DNA of 64,000 nt from Octopus sinensis (lineage: Eukaryota): NCBI RefSeq assembly GCF_006345805.1, contig NC_043007.1, forward strand, positions 30,132,001 to 30,196,000, read 5' to 3'. A program made the translations under genes and the position numbers. Below are positions 33,101 to 45,420 of the stretch, one piece after another (the first letter of the stretch is position 1; each line of letters begins with the position of its first letter). Under the pieces are notes generated by a model. That model did no database searches. It was not told the DNA's origin and saw nothing but the letters and a program-made list of their open reading frames with translations.

Positions 33101-34767
33101 ACATATAAATAGGGAGATATATAGATAGATATACCTAACTGCGCATGTGTTTGTGTAGGGTTACACTTACACAGGTAGGTTAGTGTTAGTAATAAAACTT
33201 CAGAGATTTGAAGGTAAGTTCCTTCTACTATACAGTGGCCCCTCTTGGTGCTGTAGCTCACCTAATAATATTAGAAGTTCATTATTTTGTGCTTTTTACT
33301 CTCCACACTGTAGTGGTTCCTCTTGATAGTGCAGCTCAACCAATAATGGTAAAGGCCCATTCTTGCATACTGTGAAAAGCACCTGGTACCCTGTGTAAAG
33401 TGATTGGCATTAGGAAAGAGATCCAGCTGTAGAAAGCATGTCAGAACAGACACTGGAGCTTTGCCAGTCCTCAGCCACATAAACTTCTACCAAATTTCCA
33501 ACCCATACCAGCATGGAAAGCAAATGTGAAATGATGATGGTATTTCCCTGTGCACTATCGACAGCAGTGGTTCGGTATGGTACCCCACAGCTCAATGACA
33601 GAAACTCATTACTACATACAGGTCGATATTGAGCTCTCTCTTCACTATTGCTATTCTTTTATTTGTTTCAGTCATTTGACTGCAGCCATGCTGGAACACC
33701 GCCTTTAGTTGAACAAATAAACCCCAGGACTTATTCTTTGTAAGCCTAGTACTTATCCTGTCGGTCCCTTTTGCTGAACCTTGATGTTATGGGGACGTAA
33801 ACACACCAACATTGGTTGCCAAGCGATGGTGGGGGAACAGACACACACACACGCACACACATGTATATATATGACAGGCTTCTTTCAGTTTCCGTCTACC
33901 AAATCCACTCAAAAGTTTTGGTCAGCCTGAGGCTATAGTAGAAGACACCTGCCCAGGATGCCACACAGTGGGACTCAACCTGGAACCATGTGGTTGGTAA
34001 GCCAGCTACTCACCACACAGCCATGCCTGTGCCTATTGTCTAAGGACCACGAACCGATTGTGGCCGTTGCCAGCCTCGCCTGGCACCTGTGCCGGTGGCA
34101 CGTAAAAAAGCACCCACCACACTCTTGGAGTGGTTGGCATTAGGAAGGGCATCCAGCTGTAGAAACACTGCCAGATCAAACTGGAGCCTGGTGCAGGCTC
34201 CTGGCTTCCCAGACCCCGGTCGAACCGTCCAACCCATGCTAGCATGGAAAACGGACGTTAAACAATGATGATGATGAATATAGTTCTTCCTACAGTCGCA
34301 ACCAGTGGGAGAAGAGTTCTACCACTACCCAGGTGTTGTTTATGTTGACATTGTTACTCAATGATGTTAGGAGATTTCAGTTTATAATAAGAGTTAATAA
34401 AATCTGCACCAGTCATATATTTAGCAACAGTTCAGTTACAGCCCTTGCCCAATTATGGTATATATTTCTTTATTATAGTCTAGTTTAGGGGCTCCCACTG
34501 GTTGTCACTGTAGGAAGTACCATATTATTGTATGGAATTGTCCTTAGACTGGAGACTGAGTCTATATTCTTGCAATGGATTAGATCCTGCTAAAGCCAGA
34601 GTGGGTCCACCAGGTTGTGCTATGAAAGCTGATGACACCTTAGTCCTAACACTGCTATGTTTAGTGAAAAAGATATCATTAACAATAAATGTATCTATTT
34701 TATTTGTATTTTGCAGCCAACTGGAATGTCTACAGAGTTTGAGATTTCTTCATCTGGTCTTCAATGA
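20666..34767 (+). CDS. RAD51D: DNA repair protein RAD51 homolog 4 (RAD51D); 9 exons, 960 nt, 319 aa
   Basis: join(20666..20809,22644..22762,24214..24295,25963..26094,27467..27568,29638..29728,30669..30739,32393..32560,34717..34767). Starts [17 protein letters not shown]; Walker A GDSAVGKT; Walker B LIICDS; [13 protein letters not shown]. Exon sizes 119/82/91/71 equal human RAD51D exons as I recall them. All introns GT-AG and in phase. Confidence 0.95.
21376..21630 (+). mobile_element. tRNA-derived SINE with intact Pol III boxes
   Basis: A box TGGCCTAGTGG, B box GGTTCAAATC, tRNA-unrelated body, (CAAAA)n tail. Confidence 0.8.
21700..22075 (+). mobile_element. SINE family A (TGGCTGTGTGGTAAG head, CCTTGGGCAAGTGTCTT core, internal microsatellite); representative copy
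   Basis: Approximate other copies: 2040-2390(-), 12085-12245(+), 12580-12730(-), 17358-17480(+), 25200-25720(+), 28050-28450(+), 33660-34030(-), 46480-46635(-), 46894-47050(-), 61680-61830(+), 63800-64000(+). Confidence 0.85.
22644..22762 (+). CDS. RAD51D: RAD51D exon 2
   Basis: [39 protein letters not shown]. Confidence 0.95.
22807..23079 (+). mobile_element. SINE-like family B (GGTTGGCGTTAGGAAGGGCATCCAGCTGTAG core, (GAT)n tail); representative copy
   Basis: Approximate other copies: 797-1790(-, split), 3383-3640(-), 5665-5800(-), 6275-6372(+), 8553-8760(-), 10400-10525(+), 11040-11400(+, two), 12255-12540(-), 13112-13290(-), 13619-13810(-), 17680-17945(-), 30005-30200(-), 33370-33540(+), 34046-34277(+), 35790-36045(+). 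The core may correspond to the Meta-SINE domain (from memory). Confidence 0.85.
24214..24295 (+). CDS. RAD51D: RAD51D exon 3 (Walker A)
   Basis: [27 protein letters not shown]. Confidence 0.96.
25963..26094 (+). CDS. RAD51D: RAD51D exon 4
   Basis: [44 protein letters not shown]. Confidence 0.94.
26186..26480 (+). mobile_element. Penelope-like element GIY-YIG endonuclease fragment in RAD51D intron 4
   Basis: [26 protein letters not shown]...GIADHVW...[24 protein letters not shown] matches the C.CG..YIGET.R.L..R..EH pattern. Confidence 0.8.
26895..27050 (-). mobile_element. 3'-terminal fragment of a CR1-like LINE
   Basis: [36 protein letters not shown] resembles invertebrate CR1-group C-termini. 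Confidence 0.55.
27467..27568 (+). CDS. RAD51D: RAD51D exon 5
   Basis: [34 protein letters not shown]. Confidence 0.92.
29638..29728 (+). CDS. RAD51D: RAD51D exon 6 (Walker B)
   Basis: [30 protein letters not shown]. Confidence 0.94.
30669..30739 (+). CDS. RAD51D: RAD51D exon 7
   Basis: [24 protein letters not shown], 71 nt. Confidence 0.93.
32393..32560 (+). CDS. RAD51D: RAD51D exon 8
   Basis: [34 protein letters not shown]...LKSCRQ. Confidence 0.94.
34717..34767 (+). CDS. RAD51D: RAD51D exon 9 (terminal)
   Basis: ttgcag|[16 protein letters not shown]; AATAAA follows at 34768-34773 and again at 34999-35004. Confidence 0.88.
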   Translation, partial: PTGMSTEFEISSSGLQ

Positions 34768-35199
34768 AATAAAAGGAAAACTGAAAGCAATGCTTGCTGG
34801 AATCAAATTTTGGATCTTTGAATTCAATGGAGTTGTTAATTTATAGTTAACAGCTTGTGGTTCTGGATAACACTGTGTCCTTATGGCAGGAGAACTCTCT
34901 GGAATATTACAGATGAGATGAGCAGTGCAAAGAATTTACTCTTCACCCTTACTGGGGGTTTATGTACTAGTCATGTACTGGGGTAAGGAATCTCAAATAA
35001 TAAAGTTCCGGGAACACCACCTATTTATCTGACCTGACTCAAATGGATAATTGGGTTTGTTAAACTGGTTTAGACTTTATCCACATTTGATAATATCTCA
35101 TATTTCACATGGAAATATAAATTGTAGCATTTTCCAAAATAAGTGCCTTTAGAAGTGATAAGAGTGTTTCTTCATGTAAAATATTGGTAAATGAATTTT

Positions 35200-35480
35200 G
35201 TGTTTGGAATATAAAAGTGTATTGTAATATGAAATGTGAACAGTGAATTATGGAATGCTGTGAAATTTAAACAATTGTGATATGTGAGGCACTGTGAAAT
35301 GTGAAAGAATGTGTAATGTGAAACATTTTCACATATTTCACTGTTTCATTATTTGACAATGTTATACATGATGAGACACTGTGAAATATGAAACCCCAAA
35401 GTACAAGGTACTGTGAAATATGAGATATTATGGAAATATGAAAGACTCTGAAATGTGTATTATTGAAAAAGCAGTGTCAA
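35200..35480. repeat. Degenerate CTGTGAAATATGA-like minisatellite downstream of RAD51D
   Basis: Multiple imperfect tgtgaaat/actgtgaaatatga units. Confidence 0.6.
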
Positions 35481-37474
35481 AGTTGACACACTGTAAAATA
35501 TAAAATGGTGTATATACATAAAATATGAAATCTGTACATAACAGAGACACATTTGTTATTTTCATTCTCAAATCTTTTAGATTGAAAACACAGAAGGATG
35601 AATGATTATTCTGTACTTTTTTTCTCTTCATCAAGAGTATGGGTTTACATCAAGAGTATATGGACTGTGGCCATACTGGGGTATCACCTTCTAGAGCATA
35701 GCCAATTACGTTGACCACAATACATATTTTATTGGCCTTGATAAAAATGAAAGGCAAAATGGACTCTGATGCCTTACTGGCCCCTGTGCTGGTGGCATGT
35801 GTAAAAAGATCCGAGCGAGGTCGATGCCAGTACCGCCTGACTGGCCCCATGCTGGTGGCACGTAAAAAGCACCCACTACACTCACGGAGCGGTTGGCGCT
35901 AGGAAGGGCATCCAGCTGTAGAAACTCTGCCAAATCAAGATTGGAGCCTGGTGCAGCCATCTGGTTCCCCATCCCTCAGTCAAATCATCTAACCTATGCT
36001 AGCATGGAAAGTAGACGTTAAACGATGATGATGATGATGATGAAAGAGGAGAGTAACCAAATATCACAAGATATTTTACTTTGGCCATTTGCCAAAGCAG
36101 TCTGACCATCTATCAAGATGGTTTTTTACCTTTTAGCAAGGTGGTTTTCAAGTTGCACTCTACTGTTATCAAGACAAGTATGTCCTCAATAAAGCTACAG
36201 GTATGGTTGGATATCTAGATGATTTGGGGTTCACTTCTACTTCATGGTACCTTGGACATGGTCTTCCACTAAAACCTAGCTCTGGCCATTGTCTTGTGGG
36301 TGAATATGGCAGATGATAATCGCATGGAAGCCTGGTTTATATTTGTGTCAGAATGTGTTAATGTTCGTGTTTGTCTTTCATCATTAATGACCTGTGTTTT
36401 GGTTACACTTGTAACTTAGCAGTGTGACATAATGAAACCAATAAATTAAATACCAGGCTTAGAATGAAATCTGGGGTTGATTTGATCAAATATACCCTTC
36501 TAGGCGATGCCCTAGTTTGGTTGCAGTCCTGACTGAAATAAAAGAACATGCCACCCTAGTAAATAGCTGGTCTGGTTAAAAGTTCTACCTAAGCAGCCTC
36601 CAGCCTACATCTGTTAAAATCAATCCCTCTTCTCACCTAGAGAACCTTGTCTTTCCATGGCAGTGCCATATAAGGCAACCTCCCTTCCATCTGATTGTAT
36701 CTCTTTTAATTATGTACCATGTATACTCGACTATAAAACGCTCTTGCCTATAAGATTCACCCCTGACTTACAAGGTTCAAATTGTGAATTTTATCATTGA
36801 CCCAACTCTTTTGATGCTGGAGATTAGGAATCGCTTAAAAAATATATATTCCAGGGTCAATTCATTTAACAAAAACTGTTCAAGGCGGTGCCTCAGCATG
36901 GCCACAGTCTAATAACTGAAACAAGTAAAACAAGATATTTGCCACAAACGTATCAGTGTCATCTCTGTTTCATAATCTTTATTGAAATTCTATTTGTGAC
37001 TTTCTTTAAAGAAAGGAAGAGAGAGAGAGAGACTTCTCCTCTTCTCTGTTTGTGCCAGAGTTGACTGCTGTCCATCAGCCGCTGCAACACGTTGCAGTTG
37101 TCCAAATACCAAAACCATTCTTGTAACATACACTGATTCACAGAGACAGACGTCATGTGACACCGAAAGACGCACTGCCTTGTTTATAATCTTGGCTACT
37201 CCAGCGCTTAGATCAGCAACAGCTGAGAGATCAGATGTACTTGTAAATCTGTGAAGATTCAAGTAATACTTAATGCTAAACAACGTAATTCAAAAGCTGG
37301 TGTTTATATATTTATTGCTACTAATCAATAAAATTTATCAAGTTTACAGTGTTTAATCAGCTAAAACAGAATAGTCAGAGGCAGAAGTAGAAACAAGATG
37401 CCTACCATCTGGACCTCGTCTTCAGACATGTGCTTTCTACTTGTCAATTAGACATCATTCTGTGAGGAACTGAT

Positions 37475-37477
<3 letters not shown>

Positions 37478-37568
<91 letters not shown>
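37478..37568. repeat. (CA)n microsatellite
   Basis: Direct observation. Confidence 0.97.
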
Positions 37569-37570
<2 letters not shown>

Positions 37571-38144
37571 GAGAAAGAATTGGTTTTATGTGATCTTTTT
37601 TCTCGATTTACAAAAACTTTACATTTTTCTCTTTTTTTTCTTTGCTTTTAGTTCATCGTTTTTGATTGTTTTTATTAGATTAAAAAATTTTTTTCGTTGA
37701 CTTCTGAAGTGGTTATTGTGGTTTCTTCTCCTAAATATATTTTACTCACTAAAATCAATTTATTAAGAAGTGAAATTTAAAATTGTGTTTTTATTGTATG
37801 TTATGTATGGTTGCCTTGATATCATCTGGAAGTTGTTATTGGTGTGTGTGTGTGTGTGTATACCGTATATTACAAATGTGCATGTGTATGTATGTATGAA
37901 TAACACACACACACACACACACACGTATGTATATAGGATATATATGTGTGTGTGTGTATAGGATATATATATATATGTGTGTGTGTATATGTATGTGTGT
38001 ATGAGATATATATATATTTATATGAATGTGTATAGGATATGTGTGTGTATGTATGTATGGGATATATATATATATTTATATGAATGTGTATAGGATATAT
38101 GTGTGTGTGTATGTATGTGTGTATAGGATATATATATATATCAT

Positions 38145-39155
38145 TGTACTCTGCTGTGCATGCACACTAAGTTGTAACGTTCTAGCTCTCTTCTGCTGTT
38201 TACAGCAGTGCTTGGAAGGAACGTGTGTAGCGTATGATCGTCGCATTGACCATAAGAGAGAAAGTTGAGCAGAGAATCTGCATCAAATTTTGTCAAAAGC
38301 TTGGCGATACCTGCTCAGAGGCCTAAGCAAAGTTTTAAAAAAGTTTTCATCGTTCTCGAAACAATGAAGGAGATCTTGTGCAACTGAAACCCGAGTGTCT
38401 TTTTGGTTAACTGAAAGCAGTTTTGGCACAACCTTGGCAGAAACGCGTCTCATACCCAAATCTTCAGTGATAATGGACTGAACTGAACCGTAACTAATCT
38501 GCACATCCTCTGATATATTTCTTCATTGCCCACAGGGGGCTAAACATATAGGGGACAAACAAGGACAGACAAAGGTATTAAGTCGGTTACATCGACCCCA
38601 GTGCGTAACTGGTACTTAATTTGTCGACCTCGGCGGAATTTGAACTCAGAACGTAGCGGCAGACGAAATACTGCTAAGCATTTCGCCCGGCGTGCTAACG
38701 ATTCTGCCAGCTCACCGATTCTGATAACTCACAGATGGTGATTCGACGATTTCCGCTCACAACTGTGATGTTTTTTTCTCAGTTCTGCTGATTGCAGGTC
38801 TCCCAGAACGTTTGTCAATATCGACATTTTTTTGGCCTTCTTGTAAACGTCTGAACCACTCGTACACTTATGTGCGGCTCATGCACTCCTCTCCATACAC
38901 TTTCTGCAACGCTATGTAGGCCTCTGAGCAGGTATCACTATGACAGCTTTCTCTGTCATGGTCAATGCGACGATCACTCGCTACACACCTCCCTTCGAAG
39001 CACTGCTGTGAACAGTGGAAGTAAGCTAGAACGTTACAACTTTGTGTGCATGCACAGCAGTGTTCATGGTCAATCTTTGCGTAGTCTCTTCACTCTGCAT
39101 GCTTTAGCTTCGTTGCTATGACAACAGTCCGGATATTTATTGATCAGATCTTGTG
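38145..39155 (-). mobile_element. Rearranged mariner (Tc1/mariner) element with a duplicated, inverted 5' end and a nested SINE
   Basis: Minus strand DTCSEAY..LQKVYGEECMSRT.VYEWFRR...RSGRP...ICELSEDVQISYGSVQSIITEDLGMRRVSAKVVPKLL (HTH plus WVPxxL-like motif). ITR-like end CACAAGATCTGATCAATAAATATCCGGACTG next to a TA at 39156-39157. Plus strand EQRICIKFCQKLGDTCSEA at 38270-38325. Confidence 0.88.
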
Positions 39156-39187
39156 TATGTATGTATGTATATGTATGTGTGTTTAGG

Positions 39188-39224
<37 letters not shown>

Positions 39225-39849
39225 CATAGGATATATATATATGCATGTGTGTGTATAGAATCTATATATGTATGTGTGTATAGGATCTATATATGTATGT
39301 GTGTATAGGCTATATATGTGTATGTATATATGTGTAAAGGATATATGTATATATATGTGTATATATATGTATGTGTGTGTATATATGTGTGTATAGGAAT
39401 ATATATATATATATATGCACACACGCACATACATGTGTGTATACATATACGTTTTTATGATATACGCTGAAATTGTTATCAATGCAATAAAGACATTTAA
39501 TTTGGCCAATTAAAAATATGTCAGACATTCGTTGAATATAAACCAACAAAGAAAACACACAAAAATAAACCTTTATCAGCCTCTCTTCAACTCGATTATT
39601 TTTATCAGCAGTCTTCGTTCTTATTGCTTATTTCATTGAGTTGCTTACTCTTGCAGCTCTCCATGTCTATCTTACGGATATCATTTACTTTCGTTTTGCT
39701 TCTCTCTCTCTCTCTCGTATTTAAATGTAGTTTACCATGTATACAAGTATGTTCAGTGTTTAATGGTGTTGCTTCCTGTATGTTACGCATGCTTGTAAAT
39801 GTTGTAATTTTGGCTATAGTATATCCCAGCACAATAATATTTAATTATT

Positions 39850-40560
39850 CCCACGATACCTAGTATTTTGAGACTGTTTTCGTTTTCAGCTCCTTCTCCG
39901 ACCCCTTCCCCATTCTGGTTGTCTTTATTTCCAGATCTTTATCGTTGGTTAATTTTTCTCTCTTGTAATTGCTTCTTCAGTTGGCAATTTCCTTCCTTCT
40001 CGTCTCTGCTAACAATATCCGACCGATCATCTTTTTATTTCTTTGTCTGGCCGGAATATCCCAGAATAAGTTTATTCGGTCATTCTTCTTTGCTTTTTTC
40101 CTACATGTTTATACCAATTTGTTTTCTGTTAGTTTCATAATCTTGGTGCAATTTACCTGTTAGTGTAGTAATCCTTGTTCATTAGTATCGGGGGGCAAAA
40201 AAACCATGTAGCACATTATTTCTTCCAAACGTTCACATTTTATGCAATGACTCTATTCTAATTAATTCGATAATTTTTTTGTGATTTCTAATTAGGAATA
40301 AGCGCAATGATCAAGACTCGTTCACTCACAGTTTCCATTCCTGCCCTCAGCTTATGCTACGAGTTTTCTTTAATTCAATCCCATCAATTTTTTTCCTCCA
40401 TCGCTTTGTCATTGTATTCTGTCGATCCATTTTTAGCTTCCTACCAATTTCTGCTGTTATTTCGTCTCTTTCTTTAGAACTGTTCAAAGCTTCAGCTTCA
40501 AAAAGTGCTGAAAGTTCTTTATTGCAGCCGACACCACATTAATAATGCCAATAACAAAAG
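39850..40560 (-). mobile_element. Old, degenerate R4/Dong-like C-terminal fragment
   Basis: Broken frames give KRWRKK, LRAGM.TVSERVLIIA, CIKC..LEEIMC, NWYKHV, NDRINLFWDIP, DRSDIV, EKLTNDKDLEIK and LKTKTV, collinear with the 15179 ORF. Confidence 0.6.
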
Positions 40561-41159
40561 CTACCAATATCGACTGCAGCAGCATTAAAGAGCATCCAGC
40601 TACAGTCGCAGCGGTTGCAAGAATGGAAGCAGCACCGACAACAATAGCAATAACAACCTCACCAGCAGAGTCAGCCACAACAACAAAAGAATCACCGCCT
40701 TCAAAGGCTGCCACATCAGCGACGCCAATGTCAACGGAAGCCTCCACCTCCAAAAAGAAAAAACAAAATAACAACTTCCCCAAAAGATGGGCGTCTCCGC
40801 TTCGGAGCACTCAGACATGTCGCCTGGTGAAGGGGACGAGGAAAACCCTGAACGATAAAAATGTGTTCAATACAATAAAATGGGGAAAAATCCTGAAACC
40901 AACCAAACAAACTGGGAGGTTGGAATGAATGGGAAAGATGCGTTTAAACAACGATGCACCAACACTGCCGCCACCTCCAACACCAAGAGTATGAACCCCA
41001 TCGCCATCACCGCCAACAACACCACAACAGAGATGACATCATCGATGCTATTACAAATACAACGTAATTCAAACCAAACCTACACCAACAGTCAGAATTC
41101 AACAACCACGTGACCATGGACACCAGCAAAATAAATAAATAAAAATCAACTAAACAACA

Positions 41160-41259
41160 NNNNNNNNNNNNNNNNNNNNNNNNNNNNNNNNNNNNNNNNN
41201 NNNNNNNNNNNNNNNNNNNNNNNNNNNNNNNNNNNNNNNNNNNNNNNNNNNNNNNNNNN
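41160..41259. other. Assembly gap (100 N)
   Basis: Exactly 100 Ns, the usual placeholder for a gap of unknown size. Confidence 0.99.
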
Positions 41260-41455
41260 CCTCCCTTCCATAACACACTCACAAAACCCATTTATGATAT
41301 GTCTACCGTTAACTTACTTTTATTTTATCGTATTATTTTTATCATTATTTTATTTATATTTTTATTTTATTTTATTTCATTCTTATTTTATTCATATTTT
41401 TTTACCCTTTTACCACTATATTTTTATTCCTTTCTCCTATCTCTTTTTCTCCCTT

Positions 41456-41492
<37 letters not shown>

Positions 41493-41579
41493 CCCATACA
41501 CCCACTCACAAAACCCATTTATCTCCATCATACTTTCTATATACACATTTACAATATGAATACATCATTCAAAATACCA

Positions 41580-41960
41580 CCTGAATTTACCTGGGATTTT
41601 AACTAAAGACCTGTCCCCTCATGGAAGGACCGACCAACATCCATATCGTCTGGAAAAAGAGGAGCTATGAACGCTATTCTCCTACCTGCAATCTTCTGTC
41701 TACTTTTACTCTTTATTCTCCCATTGTGCTCCTTTACTCTTCTATTTTATTCCTTATAAACTGTGAATGTTATTCCTTGTAAACTGTAAATTCTTCCCCG
41801 TCTAAAATATTCCCACCTTGTCTCTGATGACCGGATACCCAGTGCATGGACATTCTAACCTACCACTTGGCTTATCCCAGAAACGGCTGTGAGACCTCAA
41901 GTTAAATTATTCTAAATGACTTGAGATATTCATTCTGCCTTGGTTTTGATTTTTCCTCTA
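41580..41960 (+). mobile_element. Probable Penelope-like 3' end or pseudo-LTR with a hammerhead-like motif
   Basis: GTCT-CTGATGA-cc-GGATA..TATCC-ca-GAAAC-GGCT-GTG-AGAC at 41820-41895, preceded by a decayed coding-like stretch. Confidence 0.5.
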
Positions 41961-43669
41961 ATATAATATATATATACATTCGACAACGGAACCCTAATGG
42001 AAGCAGTTTAGCTTTTTTCGCGTGGCGTTCGTAATCCGCTTAAGTCTCGTAGGCATACAGTAGCGTAGGCGGCAGTACAACTGCTTGGTAGACCTTCAGC
42101 TTCGCTCAGTTATTACTCACACGCACTCATACACATCCATTCATCAATGCATGTCTCTGTCTTTCTTTCCCTCTTTTTCCATATATATACATATATCGTT
42201 TGTGTATTATTGTAATCTCTTTGATAAAATTTTGGCGTTGTTACATACAATACGATGTCGCCATTACTAAACGTCCAGTGTTTGTGAGATGTTTATAATA
42301 TATTTGAATATCCTAATCATTTATTATTGTTGTTTTAAATAGTTGTTATTGTTGTGAAGCCCCAGACTAGTCCTCATCGAACAGATATATGATTAAAATC
42401 CATTCCAGCCATGACGAACCAGTCTTTTCTTTAAAGAATTGTGTACACAGAGCTATAACGTTTGCCAGTGTGCCCGTTTCAAAAATTGTAGGCTGTGATT
42501 TTGAAGGGCGTTTAGCAGTAATTTCGGATATTTGTATCAGATCAAGAGGCCAACTACATGTCTCCTGTAAGCATCAGTAGATGTTACACACGGGTCCCAA
42601 ACACTGTCCTATTTGGTGGCAGGTGTTCAGCAAGGAGCCCTTTCCTCAGATGCTCTTTTGTAGGAATTGGTACAGGGAATGGAACAACCTGGGCCAATGC
42701 ATTGAGAAATCCTTTTCCCCCTAGATTTCAGGCTTGACTAGAATGCTTGCCTCTACATGGCTGAACAAAATGGCAATTAGGAGCCAAGGGAAGGGGCTAC
42801 TACATGGTTGATCGACGAACTAGAAATAGGAACCAAACCCCACTTCGAATTACATGCTACTATATTTAAAGAAAGGACACATTATATTATGTATTCCAAG
42901 ATGAAATTAGTCTGAATAAAAAACAGCATAGTCATGGGTGGAACTACATTTGATTATATGGCTGCCACCTCTCGACATTTCTCCAAATAGGATTGATCTG
43001 GTTTTAAACAACAAAAGCCACCGCCCATAGAACCAAAAAACCAAATAAATACGTACAAGACAACTAAAGAATACAAAACTACTTCGACTATATTCCATTT
43101 CGACTTCTTTCGTTTCTGTTTTATGCGTCTCTCAATCAATAATTACCTCATAAAATTATCAACTCATAAAATCGAATTAGATTTCCACCATTAAACATTT
43201 GTAAAATGTCCGTCGACTTCTTGAGACCGACATCTGTTGCTGAGGTTTCAAATCGGCCCAACAAACGATAAAGAGATAAACACAAACGCTGTTGATTTAT
43301 TTTTGTTAGCGAATCATTAAAAACAACTTTTTTCACTAAAATAATTCAAACCGTTTAAGATACAGACAAAGGAAACAAAAAACTTCCCATAACAACACTG
43401 ACATTAAAAATACGTAATAAATATTATGAAATTACAAAAAGCTCATCAGCCAAAGGAACAAAACTCCTTAATTAAGACTTTGTTTAGTTTATTTGTTTTC
43501 AGTGTCTCTTTCTTTCAGACTTTTGGAATAATGAATTTCGGTACAAAAATGAATCAAGGAAAATGACCCCAGGTTAAATGTTAGAATAACAATAGACTTT
43601 AAATCTGTTTCGAAAACTAACTTAGAAAATGGAAGCATTTTTGAAATGATGGCAATTCGTAAAGCGTGA

Positions 43670-43810
43670 ACCGGCTATTTTATATTTTTTTTATTGATTT
43701 CTTTCTCTAGTAAACTATCATATGTTTCTATATCTAATTTATATAAGTTTCTAGTTTTGTCAGATTGTACGAAGATTCCTTCTGCATTTCTCAGTTCTTT
43801 TATCTTAATA
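43670..43810 (-). mobile_element. Possible Penelope-like RT N-terminal fragment
   Basis: IKELRNAEGIFVQSDKTRNLYKLDIETYDSLLEKEINK resembles the ADKT.N.Y.....Y..LL motif I recall from PLE proteins; short. Confidence 0.35.
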
Positions 43811-44429
43811 GCTAAGAGGAAAGAGACACGATTGAGGCGGAAACACATCGAACTAATCACTGATATTGGTTAGAAATATTTGGCACCATGCCAGCTGTTT
43901 CGGAGTGTGGAGGGATGGAGGGATGGAGGGAAAAAGTTGATTATATCGACCCTTGCAATCAACTTTGTCGTCTCAGAAGAGATAAAAGCAAAGTCGACCT
44001 CGGTTGGATTTGAACTCAAAACATAAAGAAGGAAGAAATGCCGCTAAGCATTTCGCCCGTCGTGCTAAACATTCTGCCAGTTCGCCGCCTTAAATGAATC
44101 ATTGATATCAAGAGGGAGACATTGGCCAAAGAAACGTTGCTTTTGGGGCGGCCATAACTGAGGCAACTTAATGTAGAATAGAAAATCAGCGCTGCAAAGA
44201 ATGCCTTGAACCTTTGAATCGCAGCTTTACAGTTTGTACATACATAATACTGGAGGACATATTAAGAGTTAAGAATTTCGAGCAAAACGAATCTATGAAT
44301 CAAGGTTTCACGCAATGGTTTCATATACGATTTTCACTGATTAATTCTGATAAAATAGGAGAAAGTTTACACTAATTTTAAATAAGATACAAACGGATTT
44401 TATAATGACTCTGTGTTTGTACGTGTTTG

Positions 44430-45420
44430 TTCGTGTATGTATGTATGTATGTATGTATGTATGTATGTATGTATGTATGTATGTATGTATTTATGTATGA
44501 ATGTATGTATGTATGTATGTATGTATGTATTTATTTATGTATGAATGTATGTATGTATGTATATATGTATGCGTGTATGTATGTACGTACGTATGTATGT
44601 CTGTATGTATGTATGTATGTATGTATATATGTATGCGTGTATGTATGTATGTACGTACGTATGTCTGTCTGTATGTATGTATGTATGCGTGTATGTATGT
44701 ATGTACGCACGTATGTATGTATGTATGTATGTATGTATGTATGTATGTATGCATGTATGTATGTATGTATGCATGTATGTTTGTATGTATGTATGCATGT
44801 ACGTGTGTATATATGCATGCATATATGTATGCATGTTTGTACGTATGCATGCGCGTATGTCTGTGTGTATGTATGTATGTGTGTGTGTATGTATGTATGT
44901 ATGTATGTATGTATGTATGTATGTATGTATGTATGTATGTATGTATGTTTATATGTAGGTATGTATGAATGCATGCATGTATGTATGTGTATATGTATGT
45001 ATGTACGTATGTTTATTATGTATGTATGTATGTATGTTTATATGTAGGTATGTATGAATGCATGTATGTATGTGTGTATGTATGTATGTGTGTATGTATG
45101 TATGTACGTAAATGTTATGTATACATGCACGTATATGTGTATATATGCATGTTCTCTTCTGTTTTTAATTAAATTCTTCCTCTGACGAAGGCACTGTATG
45201 TATGTACGTATGTATGTATGTACGTACGTACATACGTATGTATGTATGCGCATGTATGTATGCATGTATGTATGTATGTATGTATGTATGTATGTACGTA
45301 CGTATTATGTGTGTGTGTATATGTGCATGTATGCATAAATATATGTATATATACAAATATACATATGTATCTATACATAAATAAATGTGTGTGTATGTGT
45401 GCATGTATGTATACACATTT
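44430..45420. repeat. ~1-kb (TATG)n compound microsatellite
   Basis: Direct observation; source of the spurious MYVC and HTYI ORFs. Confidence 0.97.

Noticed and set aside
45176-45200. CTGACGA-AGGCAC half-hammerhead
   Set aside because: It runs into the microsatellite and I found no matching stem-II arm or GAAAC downstream.
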